Shown here: one piece after another, positions 40,211 to 55,492 of the stretch | Numbering within the stretch: the first letter of the stretch is position 1 | How the letters are laid out: each line of letters opens with the position of its first letter | Assembly (NCBI GenBank): GCA_951406725.2 | Contig: OX597820.1 | Location: 78,244,001-78,308,000, forward strand | Source of the DNA: Octopus vulgaris | Lineage: Eukaryota | DNA: 64,000 bases | Direction: 5' to 3' | Made by a program: the position numbers and the translations under genes | The notes under the pieces: generated by a model | Database searches by the model: none | The model's input: the letters and a program-made list of their open reading frames with translations, nothing else | Told to the model about the DNA's origin: nothing

Positions 40211-42606
40211 GTTTCATGTCATTTGCCCCATCGTTTGCGATGCGAGTTTCTTAACTCCATAGCGTTTACCATAGAAATGCGTTAGGAATTTAAAATAATT
40301 TTGTGAGTATAGTTCTTTATTGAATTTATTTGATGGAGAAATAACAGTTTGTGGCAATTTTCAGGCCTCTCAAGATTAATGGCAGAAAGAAGAGAAGGAA
40401 AACAGATACTTGAAAAATAGTTGTGTCCTTTAAAACCACCTAAATCTAGATGGCGGTGTTAAATTGTGTGGGAGATTCCTCAGACACAGATACATTCTAC
40501 CATCTTTCTCTCACAAGGTTTTGGTTGATTGAAGGCAATGGAAGAAGACAAGGTATCGTGAAGTGAAATTTATCCATGGTGTTGGGAAACGAATGGCTTT
40601 ATCACACATATTTGCTTTGTAAGGATGTTTCAGTTGGATTTTATGGATTACAATAAAGGAGATAAAAGTGATTGTTGAAAGACATAGACACGCGTTTCCA
40701 ACAAGAAATAATTTAGAAAAGTTACTGCTTTGCATATTATATGAGTGATAATAGATTAACACAAGCCAAAGTGTTAGTGGTATGAGAAGGGGATACGTTA
40801 CTGCAATTTGGAAGCAGAAACAGTTGGAAAACATTGAAATGAAATAGTTTTATGATGGCCCAAATGGTTTATAAGTATATGAATTGACTACATATTTGAA
40901 AAAAATCTTGTATGTGAGGACATGGCTGTGTGTTAGTATGTCAATCGTCTCCATACTTAGTGTTTCTTCTCACACTTCTAGTTCCCTTCCCGTTCATATG
41001 TGACTAGCGCCTGACTTCGCTGTCAATACAATGTTGAACAATTGTATTTTACTTTTCTTTTTACTTTTTGCTTACTCGCCACTGAAAGCCTGGCTACCAA
41101 TGCCGATGTTTTCAGCTTTTATTGCTTTCCTTTGACTCTAACCATGTTAACTCCTCTTATCTTTTCAATCTCGATCACTCCAACTTTGTTCAAATCTCCA
41201 CGTAAGCAATCTTTTTCCTTCTTATTTTCTTATCCTTTAATTTTCCTTCACTCCCTTACCTCTCTCTATTCTCTTTCTCTCTCCTCATTTTAATATCTCT
41301 TGTTTTTAACTCAGCTTACATAATCATTCTTCGTTCTTACCTTTATTTCTCTATACTCACACTGCCTCACTCTCTATTACTACCTAGTTATCTTTCTCCT
41401 TTTAAGTCCAACTCTGGCGCCAATCTATAGCTTTCAAATATTCTTCTGTCACTCTTATCCTCTCTTTCAATATGTCTCTCTATCCCCAGCTTTTCCTTTG
41501 CCTTGCTTCTCCCTCCGTCTCTCTCTATCTCTCCCTCTCTCTCTAGTTTTGTCACATATTTTCTCTTCCCTTTAGTTCTGTCTTTTCTTCCTAGAATTTC
41601 CTCTATAAACGTAATACTTTCAACCCCTCTTTTACCTCTCTGCTCCCTATTCTCTTTAACTCTTCCTTGTCCCTCTCGTCTTTTTTTTTATTGTTACTGC
41701 GAAATTGATGCTATTATTTTCTCTGCATTTCAAACATCTCTTAATATTCCTATTGATACAAATAAGTCTTCCCTTCTACTTATTCGCACATCATGGATAT
41801 CGCGCCACTTGATCACAGGCCTGCCTAATCAGGACTAACTCAAAGTTAAACAACAAGAAATTACGCGAAGCAAGACCTAGAAATACCAGTGATATCTTAC
41901 ATCATTCCTGTATGTATGTCTATCTTCTAAACAGCTGCACGTAGCGAATCTCAAATCTTTCTACAAATCTTTTTATCTTCTATTAAATACACCAACACCG
42001 GTTGTCAAGCGTTGGTTAGGAACAAACTGACTCGAAGACACACACGCAGGTAATGGCGGAAGCAAGTAAAAATAAACGACAGATACTTTCCACTGTTTTT
42101 TTTTATTGCACCTCATTCTTTGCTTTCTTTTTGTCTAATGTATTTCACTCTCTAACTATAATTGACTTCTTTGTTTACATTCCATTATTAATTGACATTC
42201 AACCTTTACACTTAGCGTTCATATTTGTAAATCAGTTAGAACTTTTAATTACTTTGCAATTTAACTTTACAATTGAATTCTTACTTAAAGTCAGGTTTCT
42301 TTAATTACTTGATAACTTACGATTCTTTTGATTCTATTATTAATATTTTTATCAATAACGCCACAGTAAATTTGTACAAGACATGTAACTAGCTCTGGTG
42401 GCTAGTCATAAGCAAACTCTAAGGCAGGAGAATCAAATGAGAAGTGGTGCAAATTAACAGTATCAGGAATGCAGCTCATAGCATACTACAAACTGAACAT
42501 AAATGTTAGTCTTGCCTTAAACAAAATGCTATCAGATAAGTAGTTTATCGTCGACTGGAAACCCTGATGAACGACGGTATAGGCTTCAAATATTAACAGG
42601 TATTCT

Positions 42607-42945
42607 AAGGCGGTGAGCTGGCAGAATCGTTAGTACATCGGGCGAAATGCTTAGCGACATTTCGTCTACTGCTACGTTCTGAGTTCAAATTTCGCCGAGG
42701 TCGACTTTGCCTTTCATCTTTTCGGGGTCGATTAAATAAGTACCAGTTATGCACTGAGGTCGATATAATCTACTTAATCCGTTTGTCTGTCCTTGTTTGT
42801 CCTCTCTGTGTTTTGCCCCTTGTGTGTAGTAAAGAAATAGATATTTCGTCCGTCTTTGCGTTCTGAATTCAAATTCTGCTTTTCATTATTTCGGGGTTAA
42901 TAAATTAAGTGCCATTTGATCATTGGGGTTGATGTAATCGACTTA
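42607..42945 (+). mobile_element. SINE family B with head and two units
   Basis: Same head. The second unit starts at ~42840. Confidence 0.87.
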
Positions 42946-43019
42946 TCTGGACTTGCTAGCCTTATGTCAATTTTTGAAATCAATATTAGTAGGAAGCTTA
43001 CACATGAAATTTCATGACA

Positions 43020-43270
43020 AGACAAAACAAGCGAGATTTGGACCTTACACATAAGACTCTTCAAGCGGGAGTCAACCAGCAGGAAATCTAGGGTTAGATT
43101 AAGGACGAAGTGGTAGGATCATATCCATAGTTTCAGTAAGCCAAGCTGGAGAATCCAGTCGGAAATTCTAATGACGCTCACTTCTGATAGGGCCCTAAGG
43201 AGGAGATGCGTGAGGACTCGACCCACATGACCTTCCCAGGAATATTGGGTGGAGAACTGGATGGATACAG
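43020..43270 (+). mobile_element. RTE-clade (Expander/Rex3-like) LINE 3' end, decayed
   Basis: 'RKSRVRLRTKW*DHI..WRIQSE..DRALRRRCVRTRPT' resembles the RPRGRPRTRW.DYI...W...I..E.....R..W...L.PRP pattern, followed by a ggatggat tail. Confidence 0.55.
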
Positions 43271-43354
43271 GAAACAGCGGAAATAGGTTGTAGCTAAATA
43301 CCAATGTTCGAACGATTCTGCTATCGACTCTGCCGCACATGACTATCACTCAGT

Positions 43355-43632
43355 CGACTACGACAACGAGTGTTCCACGGAAATTAACGTGCTCGTAGCT
43401 GAACACTCCACACACAGGCGTACGCTTAACGTATCTCTCATGGAGATTCAACGTAACACAGAATCCGACAAGGCTGGCCCCTTTGAGATATAGGTATAAA
43501 TTTTTGCCAGCTGAATGAACCGAAGCAACGTGAAATTAAGAATATTGTTCAAGGACACAACGAAACATCGATTATCGAACACACGACCTGACGATTGTGA
43601 AACGCATACACTAACCACTAAGCAACGCGTCC
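43355..43632 (-). mobile_element. SINE family C, diverged
   Basis: aaattaacgtg..cactccac..cttaacgta..gacaaggctggccctttga..caaggacacaacg. Confidence 0.78.
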
Positions 43633-44039
43633 TATATGACTGTTCCTAAAATAGATTCAAGTTTCCAATTTGCAGAAAAAGGTTTAGTTGATTAACACCA
43701 GCATTTGATTTGCATTTTATTAAAAGGAGAATTCTGTTATTATTTTTTTTTTAATGCTTTACATGTTATAACACAGGCTGAAATATAATGGGAAGCCTAA
43801 TTAAAACAATTTCGATATCAATACCATTTAATAACTGATTAGTAATAATTTATGATTTAGTGAGATGGTAAGAAAGTTAGACATTCGGGGTAGACAATAT
43901 TCGATAATATCGATCCAGTAAATTGAAGATTTTATCAGCCTTTAAAGAAAGCCACCTATCGTAAATTACTAAAATCAATAATGCGATACTTCTAACTGTG
44001 CATTTTATAGGTGCTTGCATTCCCTCCCACCTTAAAAAA

Positions 44040-44400
44040 GAAGAAGCAGTATCAGTAGCAGCATTAGCAGATGAAGAAGAAGAAGAAGATGATGATGATG
44101 ATGATGATGAGGAGGAGGAGGAGGAGGAGGAGGATGACGATGATGATGATGATAGTGATGAACATGAACAAGAACAAAAAGATAATAAAGAAGAAAGAAG
44201 AGCAACAACAACAACAACTTCAATAACAAGAACAGCAAGAATAAGAACAAGAAAATGAAGAACAAAAAATGAAGATGATGATGATGATGATGATGATGAT
44301 GACGACGACGACGAAAAACAACAACAACAACAACATGAACAAGAAGATGATGATGATGAAGAACAACAACAGCAACAAGGTGAAGAAGATGGTGATGAAT
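44040..44400. repeat. Compound trinucleotide microsatellite (GAA/GAT/GAG/CAA)
   Basis: Direct inspection. It produces the acidic low-complexity ORFs. Confidence 0.88.
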
Positions 44401-44936
44401 GCCCTAAATCTTTTGGGTCTCATGGCTTCTGATCTTAATTCATTGGAAGCGTTAACATGTGTAAAGATGAACTACAGAAAATATTCTGTTCAATACCACA
44501 GATATGCTTGTCAGTTGTTTGACCATAACTAGTTGAACGCTTCCCTTGGTGGGTGACGATATGTGCTTATCTGACCAAAAGCAGAAGTAGTGGGAGGTAT
44601 TCTTTGAAGTTTCGACAATTCACCTCTGAGAACATGGATGGTTCGTTTACCATCCTTAAACAAACCTTATTCAGGAGTCTTTGCAATAGGATGGGCTACT
44701 CGGCCTGAAAAAAATTCTGACTGGGCGGCACCTGCAAGGTCAAGCGCTGTTCACCTTGATATGAGATCGCCATGTCACGCATAAGTGGTGGTGATGCATG
44801 TTTCTGGCGAACCGTTATCAGACAGGTTGTCAAAATGGATGAATTGGGCCTCGTATATTTTACCCCAGCGTCACTTTTACGCCATGCATTGTTCTCTCAC
44901 CCAATAATAATAAAAACAATAATAATAATAATAATA

Positions 44937-45008
<72 letters not shown>

Positions 45009-45706
45009 ACTACTACTACTACTACTACTAATAATAATAATAATAATAACAATAACTGTAAAATTACATCATAAGGAAAATGTTCACAATTCTTATTCGT
45101 TTTATAGAAGATCAATACAATGTTAGGACATATTTGCAATCAGTTAGCCTGGTACAGGATTTGCTTTGTCTTGCTCGAACAATAGTTTTAGAAATCAACC
45201 AACGCTTATGTTAGCAGAATCTACAGCCTACAACGGCGCCAACAGAGTTAGACTTATATATATGAAAGATTGTGTAATGCTGCATGTAATTTCGTACGTA
45301 ATTGAATGCTCTCTTATAGGAAAAAACTTCGACTGAATCAAAACAGTTGCACACAGTTAAATAGGTGAGGAGAAATGTGGGTTTCAAAAGAAAAACCATC
45401 GAGGATAGGGGAGGATAGGGTGAACCAGAGCGCCAAACGGAGTAGCTTGTGGTCAACATCACCATCAAACCTGGAGAGGTAGTAGGCACTTTGATGTTAT
45501 GCCTTTATCGAAAAGGACCATGATGACGCACGGAATTCCGATCTGAAATTTCTTGGCTGATGACCAGGAACGTTGAAAGGTTCAGACGGAGTTTCTTCAT
45601 ATGATGATCTTTTAGTGTTCATTGAATATGGATTTTGATTGATTGACTGATTGACCGAAAAGAATAATTTCAGTATGTATGAATGTAGAGATATGCGTCA
45701 CTGTGT

Positions 45707-45764
<58 letters not shown>

Positions 45765-45880
45765 ATACATGAGTTCATATTTACGAACATGCAGGTATTA
45801 ACTCAACGCCCGTTTCACGTCACTTGCGTTGTTTAATCATATTTCGAATAGAACTATCCGCTGTGTTTTGTCATGGAGAA

Positions 45881-45911
<31 letters not shown>

Positions 45912-46084
45912 TACAGAGGCACACACACTCACCCACAAATATACACACGCTCACACACACTTCACGCACACATATATTCTTTTATTCTTTTACTTTACAT
46001 CTGTTACTCACATCTTTCTGTTCTTTTACTTTACTAAAAAGATGTCTTGTTTGCAAGATATCTTTGCATTTTTTCTTACATCTT

Positions 46085-46515
46085 TTTATTCTTTCACTAA
46101 CATCTTTTACTTGTTTCAGACATTTGACTGCGGCCGTGCAGGTGCATCGCCTTGGAGAGTTTTTAGTCGAGCAAACCGACCCTAGGACTTTGTAATCCTA
46201 TTACTTATTCCATCGGTCTATTTCGCCGAATCACTATATTACGGGGACGTAACCATATCAATACCGGTTGTCAAGAGCTGATGAGGACAAACAGACAAAA
46301 AGACAAATACACACACACACACACACGCGCACACACATATATATTATATATATACGATGGGCTTCTTTCAGTTTTCGTCTATTAAACCAACTCACCAGGC
46401 TTTTGCGGCCTGACGATATAGGAGAAGAACTTGCTCAAGGTGCCACGCAGGGAGACTGAACCCGGAACCATATCGTTGGCAAGCAAGCTTCTTACCACAC
46501 AGCTAGGCCTGCGCC
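46085..46515 (-). mobile_element. SINE family A, diverged
   Basis: ttgtttcagacatttgactgcggcc.. through cttcttaccacacagctaggcctgcgcc. Confidence 0.82.
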
Positions 46516-47056
46516 AACATACATACATTTATGTGTGTGTGTATACAATGGTGAAACTGATCCATCACTCCTGAATTGTGGACCAGTTGGCTCGACTGTC
46601 CATGACTTTCAGGTGTTTTAGCACTGAGCGCGTTCAAGGAGCAATCTCCACCACACCAAATCACAGCCTACAGACTAATACACCCTGCGTGTACGTTGGA
46701 TATGTGTGGTCGATAATGGTATTTATATATGGGTGTGTGTGTAGCTGTATGCGTGCGTATATGTGTGTTTGTGTATTTCTGCATTTGTGTGTGTTTATGC
46801 GTTTATACATGCGTCCATCTCTCTCTCCCTATATATGTAAATATACACGGGTACGTGTGTGTGTGTGCTGGTGGGTTTATGTGTGTGTGTATGTGTGTGT
46901 GTGTGCAATATACACAAACACACATCGAGGTTTCAGCACAGTTTCTATCTACCAAGTCACTTGCCCACGTCCTACGGTTGGGCTGAAACCGAAACCGCAT
47001 GGTTGGAGTCCGCTACCCTAAACACTGGGCCATTGCACCTCCACACATACATATAC

Positions 47057-47110
<54 letters not shown>

Positions 47111-47994
47111 GTACATACACACACACACAGAGACAAAGATACATCCATACATACATACATACGTACATGCATTCTTTTATACATATATACATACACACAC
47201 ATACGTTTGTATGTATGATTTTCTCAAGTGCAGAATATAAACCTGTCACTAAAAATTAGCAAGACAGATCTTGGTTTGTGTTTGGGAATGTGTGTGCATG
47301 TATGCGCGCGCGTATGTGTGTGTGTGTGTGAATGTGAATGTGTTTGGAAGACTTTGATGTATGTGTACGTGCGTAGACAAACGCTCATCCATGTGTACTT
47401 CATGTGTGCACACATATGTGTGTGTGTGTGTGTGCTTTTGTGTGTGTCTGTATATGTTTGTACTCATGTAGTTGGTATTCATGCTTCTCTATTACACAAG
47501 TGTGTGCGTATGTATGTATGTATGTATGTATGTATGTATACTTGCATATATGTATATATAGATGCATACGTGAATGTCAAAACGTACGTTTGCATGTATG
47601 TATGTATGTATGATGTGTGTAAGGTTTTCTTTCGAACTTATTTAAAATATTTCCGATGCAGAATTTAAGCCGGTGACGACAAAGCTGACAAGATAACTCT
47701 TGAGGATTGCCAATTGGTGAATTTGCGTGTGCTTATTGGTAGGTTCTTCAATAACTAATCTGCTGTCATGTAGTTGGTGTTGAAGTCATTTTAGTACACC
47801 AGTATGTGTATGTATGTGTATGTATGTGTACGCACGTGTGAGTGTGTGTTACGTGTGTGTATTCGTCTTCTGTCTTTCACTAGAATTCATGTTCTTATGT
47901 GTATACCTTTGTACGCCATGTGACCGAATGGTTGTTTGTATGTATTCATTCCAAGACCTTAAGTAGAGATTCTCTAAAATGCTTTATAAATTTG

Positions 47995-48397
47995 GTGTGG
48001 AACCTTGGGTAAGTATCTTCTACTAAAGCCTCGGCTCGGCCGAAACCTAGTCAGCGGATTTGGTATACGGAAACTAAAAGAAGCCCGTTATATACATATG
48101 TCAGTATAGTTGTTTGTCGCCTTCCTTCCCTATTGACAACTGATGTAGATGTGTTTAGGTTCCTGTATTCTTCAAAGGGGTGCCCCAGCATGGCCGTAGC
48201 CTAATAACTGAAACAAGAAAATAATTTTAAAAATAATTGGAAGGCACATGTGCAGCTGTATGAAAGAAGTTTGCGTCACAAATGTATGGTTCTGGGTTCA
48301 GTCCCACTGCGTGACGCCTTGGGCAAGCGTCCACTATTACACTATTATACCCACGGGTCGACTAAAATCGTGTGAGTTGAAACTAAAAGAAGCCTGT

Positions 48398-48446
<49 letters not shown>

Positions 48447-48720
48447 ACACATATTATATGTGCCTTTGTGTGTGTGTGTGTGTGAGTTTGTCCCCCACCA
48501 CCACTTGACAAGATATGTTGGTGTATTAACGTCCCCGTAACCTATCGGTGAGGCAGAAGCTGGTGACAGAATAAATACCTGGTTTGAAACAACAAGCGCA
48601 GCCTTGGACAATTTTTAGTACGTAGTAGTTCGGCAGAAGTGATCGATTTATTCGACTAAAATTCTTCAAGGCTGTGCCCCAGCATGGCCAGAGTCTAATG
48701 ACCGAAACAATTAAAAGATG
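47995..48720 (+). mobile_element. Two consecutive SINE family A copies (47995-48222, 48242-48720)
   Basis: Two ccttggg(t/c)aag bodies and two gtgccccagcatggcc..gaaacaa tails. Confidence 0.8.
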
Positions 48721-48932
48721 AAACATCACTAATCGATTGTAATCAGTTTGCTTTCACTTGATTTGAAAATCCGACCATGTTGTTGCGTAACACATTGCAC
48801 TTATGATAAAACATACAAACGTAAATCTATGGAACGGCCGTAAGAGATGAAATGTATGTTGATAGTTCTTCAAGGGTATTTCATGGCTGTATGCACATAT
48901 GTGTCTGTATATTTGAAAGTATGTGTGTTTCT

Positions 48933-49705
<773 letters not shown>

Positions 49706-49838
49706 TGTGTATTATAATTTATTTTTACTTTTTTATTTTTTGTAAAAAGGCGCATTTTTCTTGTTCAGTCCCATAGCGTAGAAACCAGGGCTAGTGTATT
49801 TCAATATATGTGTGGTTCTGTGTGTGTGTATTCATATA

Positions 49839-50600
<762 letters not shown>

Positions 50601-50955
50601 GGGAAAAAATGTGCATTAGATAAATCGGTGAACTGGAAGGGTTCATTCACTTTAAAAAGGATGAGAGAGGTTGAAGCAGATACATAAAGCAGTAGGGGGC
50701 AAGTCAGTTTTAAATATAAACATTCAGAAATTTTCCTTCCATGAGACCCCAAAATATTAAAATATGCAAAAATATGCATATATTTGCATCTCTGGGCATT
50801 TATGAATTATATTTACATGAATTTTATCGAACGAAGATAATTATATTTGCATCGGTTTTCCTTTTAGGTGAAAATAATTATATTTACACGTATTGTGTTT
50901 TATGCGTACGTATATGTGTGCATGTATGTATATATGTGTATATGTATATATATCC

Positions 50956-50998
<43 letters not shown>

Positions 50999-51000
50999 TT

Positions 51001-51035
<35 letters not shown>

Positions 51036-51115
51036 AATATTTATATATATATATATGTATGTATATATATCTACATATACACACACACATACATAGATAC
51101 ACACACACACACACA

Positions 51116-51169
<54 letters not shown>

Positions 51170-51569
51170 GACGGAAACTAATCATCATATACCAATTCTG
51201 TTTATCCTGAAGGCTTTTACTATTCCATCTATTTATTTATTCATTCATTCGCGTTAACAGCGAGTAACCTTTATGTAAGTCAGCACTAATCAATTAATTT
51301 TTTCCTGTCTTTCTTGAAACAATAAATAAATATAACTTACTCTTTTCACAGCGGTTAGGAAAATGAAATGGTGAACTTTGTCAGGCTGCTTTTCTTTTCT
51401 TCCCACAAAGTGTAGACAACGTGGTTTACACAGAGTGTCAATTTTTTTACCGTGAAGCTCAATTTGTAGGTTATTTTATATTTTAACATTTGTATAAAGG
51501 AAAACTGTATCAGTATCAAACTTATTGATTGCTACATATTACCAATGATTTCACAATTGAACAAATCAG

Positions 51570-52460
51570 AGAAGGACATTTTAATTCTATCCAGGGCTTA
51601 TTTACAAACAGATATAAGTTACTATTCCGGTTAAAGATGAAAAATCTACCACCTAGGAAACGATAAAGAACTTTGAAATGGATATCTTCGATATCACCAT
51701 TTCATAATCACAACGATAAAATAGAATTACCCACAAAATAGAATTGCCCTTTTATATCAAGCCTAAATATCAAATCAAGTATTTTTAACGTTTGTGATAA
51801 TCAAATTTAACCACTCTGACGAAAATTGTGTTACATACCGCGGTGAAATTTGCTAAGAACTATTTGCAATAGAGGACGATAGCGATATAATTAAAATAAC
51901 ACATATAATTAAAACAACAACATCACTAACAGTATTCGCTCGTAGATTTATAATTTTCAAATGCCATTAATATCATAAACGTACAATGAAAACAGGTTGC
52001 CAGTAATAGACAGAATATTGACTGCGCTTTTAGACTTTAGTCTTTAAAAATCATAGACACTAACCTTACTACTGTAGACTTCCATTACTTTAGACTAGAT
52101 TTTACAAGCTGTTTGCAAAACCTCTCAAGAAACCAAGCGAAACACGCTCCTTCATTAACATGTACGTTATACAAACTCGATCACGCAGCATCAGAAAAGG
52201 ACTCTGAAATAAAAAAAAAATTTGAGAAGCCTAATCCCTGCTAAAATAAACCTTACTAGCAAGCAGATTCAAGGCAACAAGATGGCTTGGCTACCACACT
52301 ACGCGCAACAGACAAATATGAGGCACCATAATATTACATGGTTTATTCTACTACTTTTCCCCAATGTAATGTATATATAACTCTAATAGACAAAAGCTTC
52401 CCTCCTCACAAGATATAAAATCATTTTAAAAGGAAGGATCTTAAAATTTGCTAAGGCTGC
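51570..52460 (+). pseudogene. Highly decayed Penelope-like element reverse transcriptase
   Basis: Colinear remnants: FYP (~51585), DIFDIT (~51685), gaggacgatagc approximating YRDDG (~51875), FLD-like (~52030), RHHNITWF (~52325), LIDKSFPPHKI*NHFKRKDLKIC*GC (~52385). These match the PLE pattern RKRNITWFNPP..LIDKHFP..KIFNRN.LKISYSC. Confidence 0.65.
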
Positions 52461-53187
52461 CAAATAATCAGAATATTGCACGCGCTCATCAAAGACAGCG
52501 AATTTAAACATTCATTATCAAGGAAGCTCTAATTTATGCGGAACAAGACATTTCCTGTCGAAAACGGACAGCGGACTCACAACTACTTCGTAAATATAAC
52601 AGAATACAAATTAACGGACAATGAAAGAACGGAGTTATGGGCTAGTCATCTATTTCGTTAATTAACTTTATGAGATACTCCTAAAATATTCCCATACATT
52701 CGATAAACAGACTTCATTTTCATATTTCAATTATTTTCACTACGTCTTTGGTGATGAAGGATATTTTAATGGCACGAGCTAAAGCGCTATTCACTAAAAC
52801 GATATTTGCATCAGAAGGCTTTGATTTATGTCACAAAACCTCCTCCAACACACCGATATATGTACGTATGTATGTATGCAATAAATCTATTGATCAACAG
52901 CAAGGAGTTCAATATAAGATATACAGAGCAATATACACATTTGTAAACAAAGATTTGATGTCTAAAAGGAATAGTGATATCACAGTAAATAAATCATATA
53001 TCACTTTCTCGCTGTAAGGGTAGAGAGGTATGACTCATTTACTGCAAGCGAGTCCGTTGTGATGATGTTTCATTATAAATTGCTGTTTGCACACGTTTAA
53101 AGGCGCATATACAAGCATGTTTCAATGTTTCAATATATAAACATCTGCTGTACATGTATAAACGTATAAATATATAGGCATAGACAC

Positions 53188-53232
<45 letters not shown>

Positions 53233-53405
53233 TACATACATCCATATACACACACACATGTATGTATGCATAATCATAATAGATGTCACTTTACTCTGTA
53301 AATTGTTTTAAGAGTTTGATAGTTTACAGAACTAAACACACAACACTATTTCGTCACGGACCCCACTCCCTCTTTCCTTGAATATATACACACACATATA
53401 TATAT

Positions 53406-53484
<79 letters not shown>

Positions 53485-53538
53485 GTATATATGTACATAT
53501 ATGTATATATATATATACATATATATACATACATATAC

Positions 53539-53600
<62 letters not shown>

Positions 53601-54368
53601 GTGTGTATGTATGTATCTATATGTATGCATGTATGTATGTGTGTATTTATGCACCAGTGCGGGAAAGTATGTTTATCTAACAAAAGCAGAGCTTTTAAAT
53701 AGCTCTTATGTGGCTCTAAATAAACCGGCTTTAACACAAAGAGTCATAAATATCACGGTCAATTAAACGCATGTTTGTAATGCTGAACAGTAGCCTCTGT
53801 AAGTGGTTGCTCTACTTCCTAGAAATAGCCGCCAAAACTGTTTCATTTTAACTCTACTCTCGTTCGTCAAAAAGGCTACTGTAGATAATATAGTCATTGA
53901 TAACCTAAACATGTATTTGTAATGGCTAGAACGAATTTCTTAAGTCAAATTCATTTTTCATCTGAGAAACACAGAGACTAACGTACAGTAGCATAAAAAT
54001 GTCCTACCTACATAAAACAGGTTCAAACTTAAGAAATTACATATTTATAACAGTTTCGTTGAAAATCTCCAATGATCAGTGGGCATGTGTTTAATATGCC
54101 TTCTTTTATTGCATTCATTTATTTTCTTGGGACATAGAGAATAGTCACTCTTTGAAATACTAAAATGGCAACAATGGTGAAACGTAATTAGGGAACAAAT
54201 TACCTTGGGAATGAGCAGTATCTTATACGTTCCCCTTTATTTTTATAAGCATACATATATTGGTATGTATGTATATGGATGTACTCATATTTTTTGTCTT
54301 TATATTTATATCTAAATTCCTATCTATTTATCTATCTCTCTCTCTATATATATATATATGTATTTGTG

Positions 54369-54416
<48 letters not shown>

Positions 54417-54427
54417 TGTGTGTAAAT

Positions 54428-54725
54428 TTCTTGTTCCTTCTCGAGCCATGCCTAACTCATAAGGGCCGGTTTCCCGGTTTCATTGGCGTATAGGTTCCCC
54501 ACTGGGACGGGAGACCGGTCCGTCGCAGCTGAGCTGCTAGACACAGGAGGAAAGAGTGAGAGAAAGTTGTGGCGAAAGAGTCAGCAGAAGTTCGTCATTT
54601 CCTTCTGGCGGAGCCGCGTGGAACTTAGATGTTTCCCTCATAAACACACACGTCACCTGGTCTGAGATTCGAACCCACGGTCCCTCGACTGCGAATCCGC
54701 TGCTCTAACCTAGCCATGCTTCCAC
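54428..54725 (-). mobile_element. tRNA SINE family D
   Basis: Head and body like 8740-8918 (ccacaactttctctc), with a different tail gaaaccgggaaaccggcccttatgag. Confidence 0.8.
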
Positions 54726-54944
54726 ATATATTCAAATTACGACTTATTGTTCTCCATATCTCTCCCAACATCAATAAAGCTGTGTATGTGGTATCGATGA
54801 GATCACGGGGAGAAGGGGTGGGTAAATTAAGAAAAAAATGTTTAGTGCTTTTGCGAATCTAATCATACTGCTATTTTCGCCTCGAATACCATTAAATGGC
54901 TGCTGATAGTTATATATATAACATTTATATTATATTATATACAA

Positions 54945-55150
54945 TATGTGACCACGTGTGTATCGGTGGCGATTTTCTTTCTCCGTCTTCCCTTCTTTGG
55001 ACATTTTCTATATTTCTGACGAAGAGTTCCGCTCGAAACGTGATGTCCTGTTTCTTTTCTTTCCCTTCCTGAGCGTCCAATAACACTGTACTTATTCCAC
55101 GTCCTCGCGTTGTTGTTTCTTCCTACTTGTTCATGATTGGATTAACTGTG
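54945..55150 (+). mobile_element. Penelope-like pLTR fragment with a hammerhead core at 55016-55042
   Basis: CTGACGA-A-GAG(TTCCG)CTC-GAAACGT. Ends in (TG)n. Confidence 0.55.
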
Positions 55151-55169
55151 TGTGTGCGTGTGTGAAGAC

Positions 55170-55492
55170 ACGCTTCGGTCACGAACGAGAATTGGATTAC
55201 ACCTAGAAAATTCCCCTCCAAGGCGTACGTCTGGGCAAGGTTGCTTATCGAAGACCAACAGTCCCTCATGCATACCAGCCTTATTTCTACACGCCACTGT
55301 TATCCAAAAGGGAAAGGCAAGGTCACATACAGCTTGGTACCAGTGATGTCACAACTCATTTCTACAACTGAGTTGAATGGACCAGCGTAAAATTAAATGT
55401 CTTACTCAAGAACACAACACATAGCCCGGTCTCGAACTCAGTAACTCATGATTGCGAGCCTGATTCTCTAACCATTGAGCCATGCACCTTCA
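55170..55492 (-). mobile_element. tRNA SINE (family C-type head/body, different tail)
   Basis: tgaaggtgcatggctcaatggttagag..gagttcgagacc..ttcttgagtaagacattt..caactcagttgtagaaatgagt. Confidence 0.75.

Noticed and set aside
42558-42602. CCTGATGAAC..CAAA possible hammerhead
   Set aside because: GAAA is absent and helix II does not pair.
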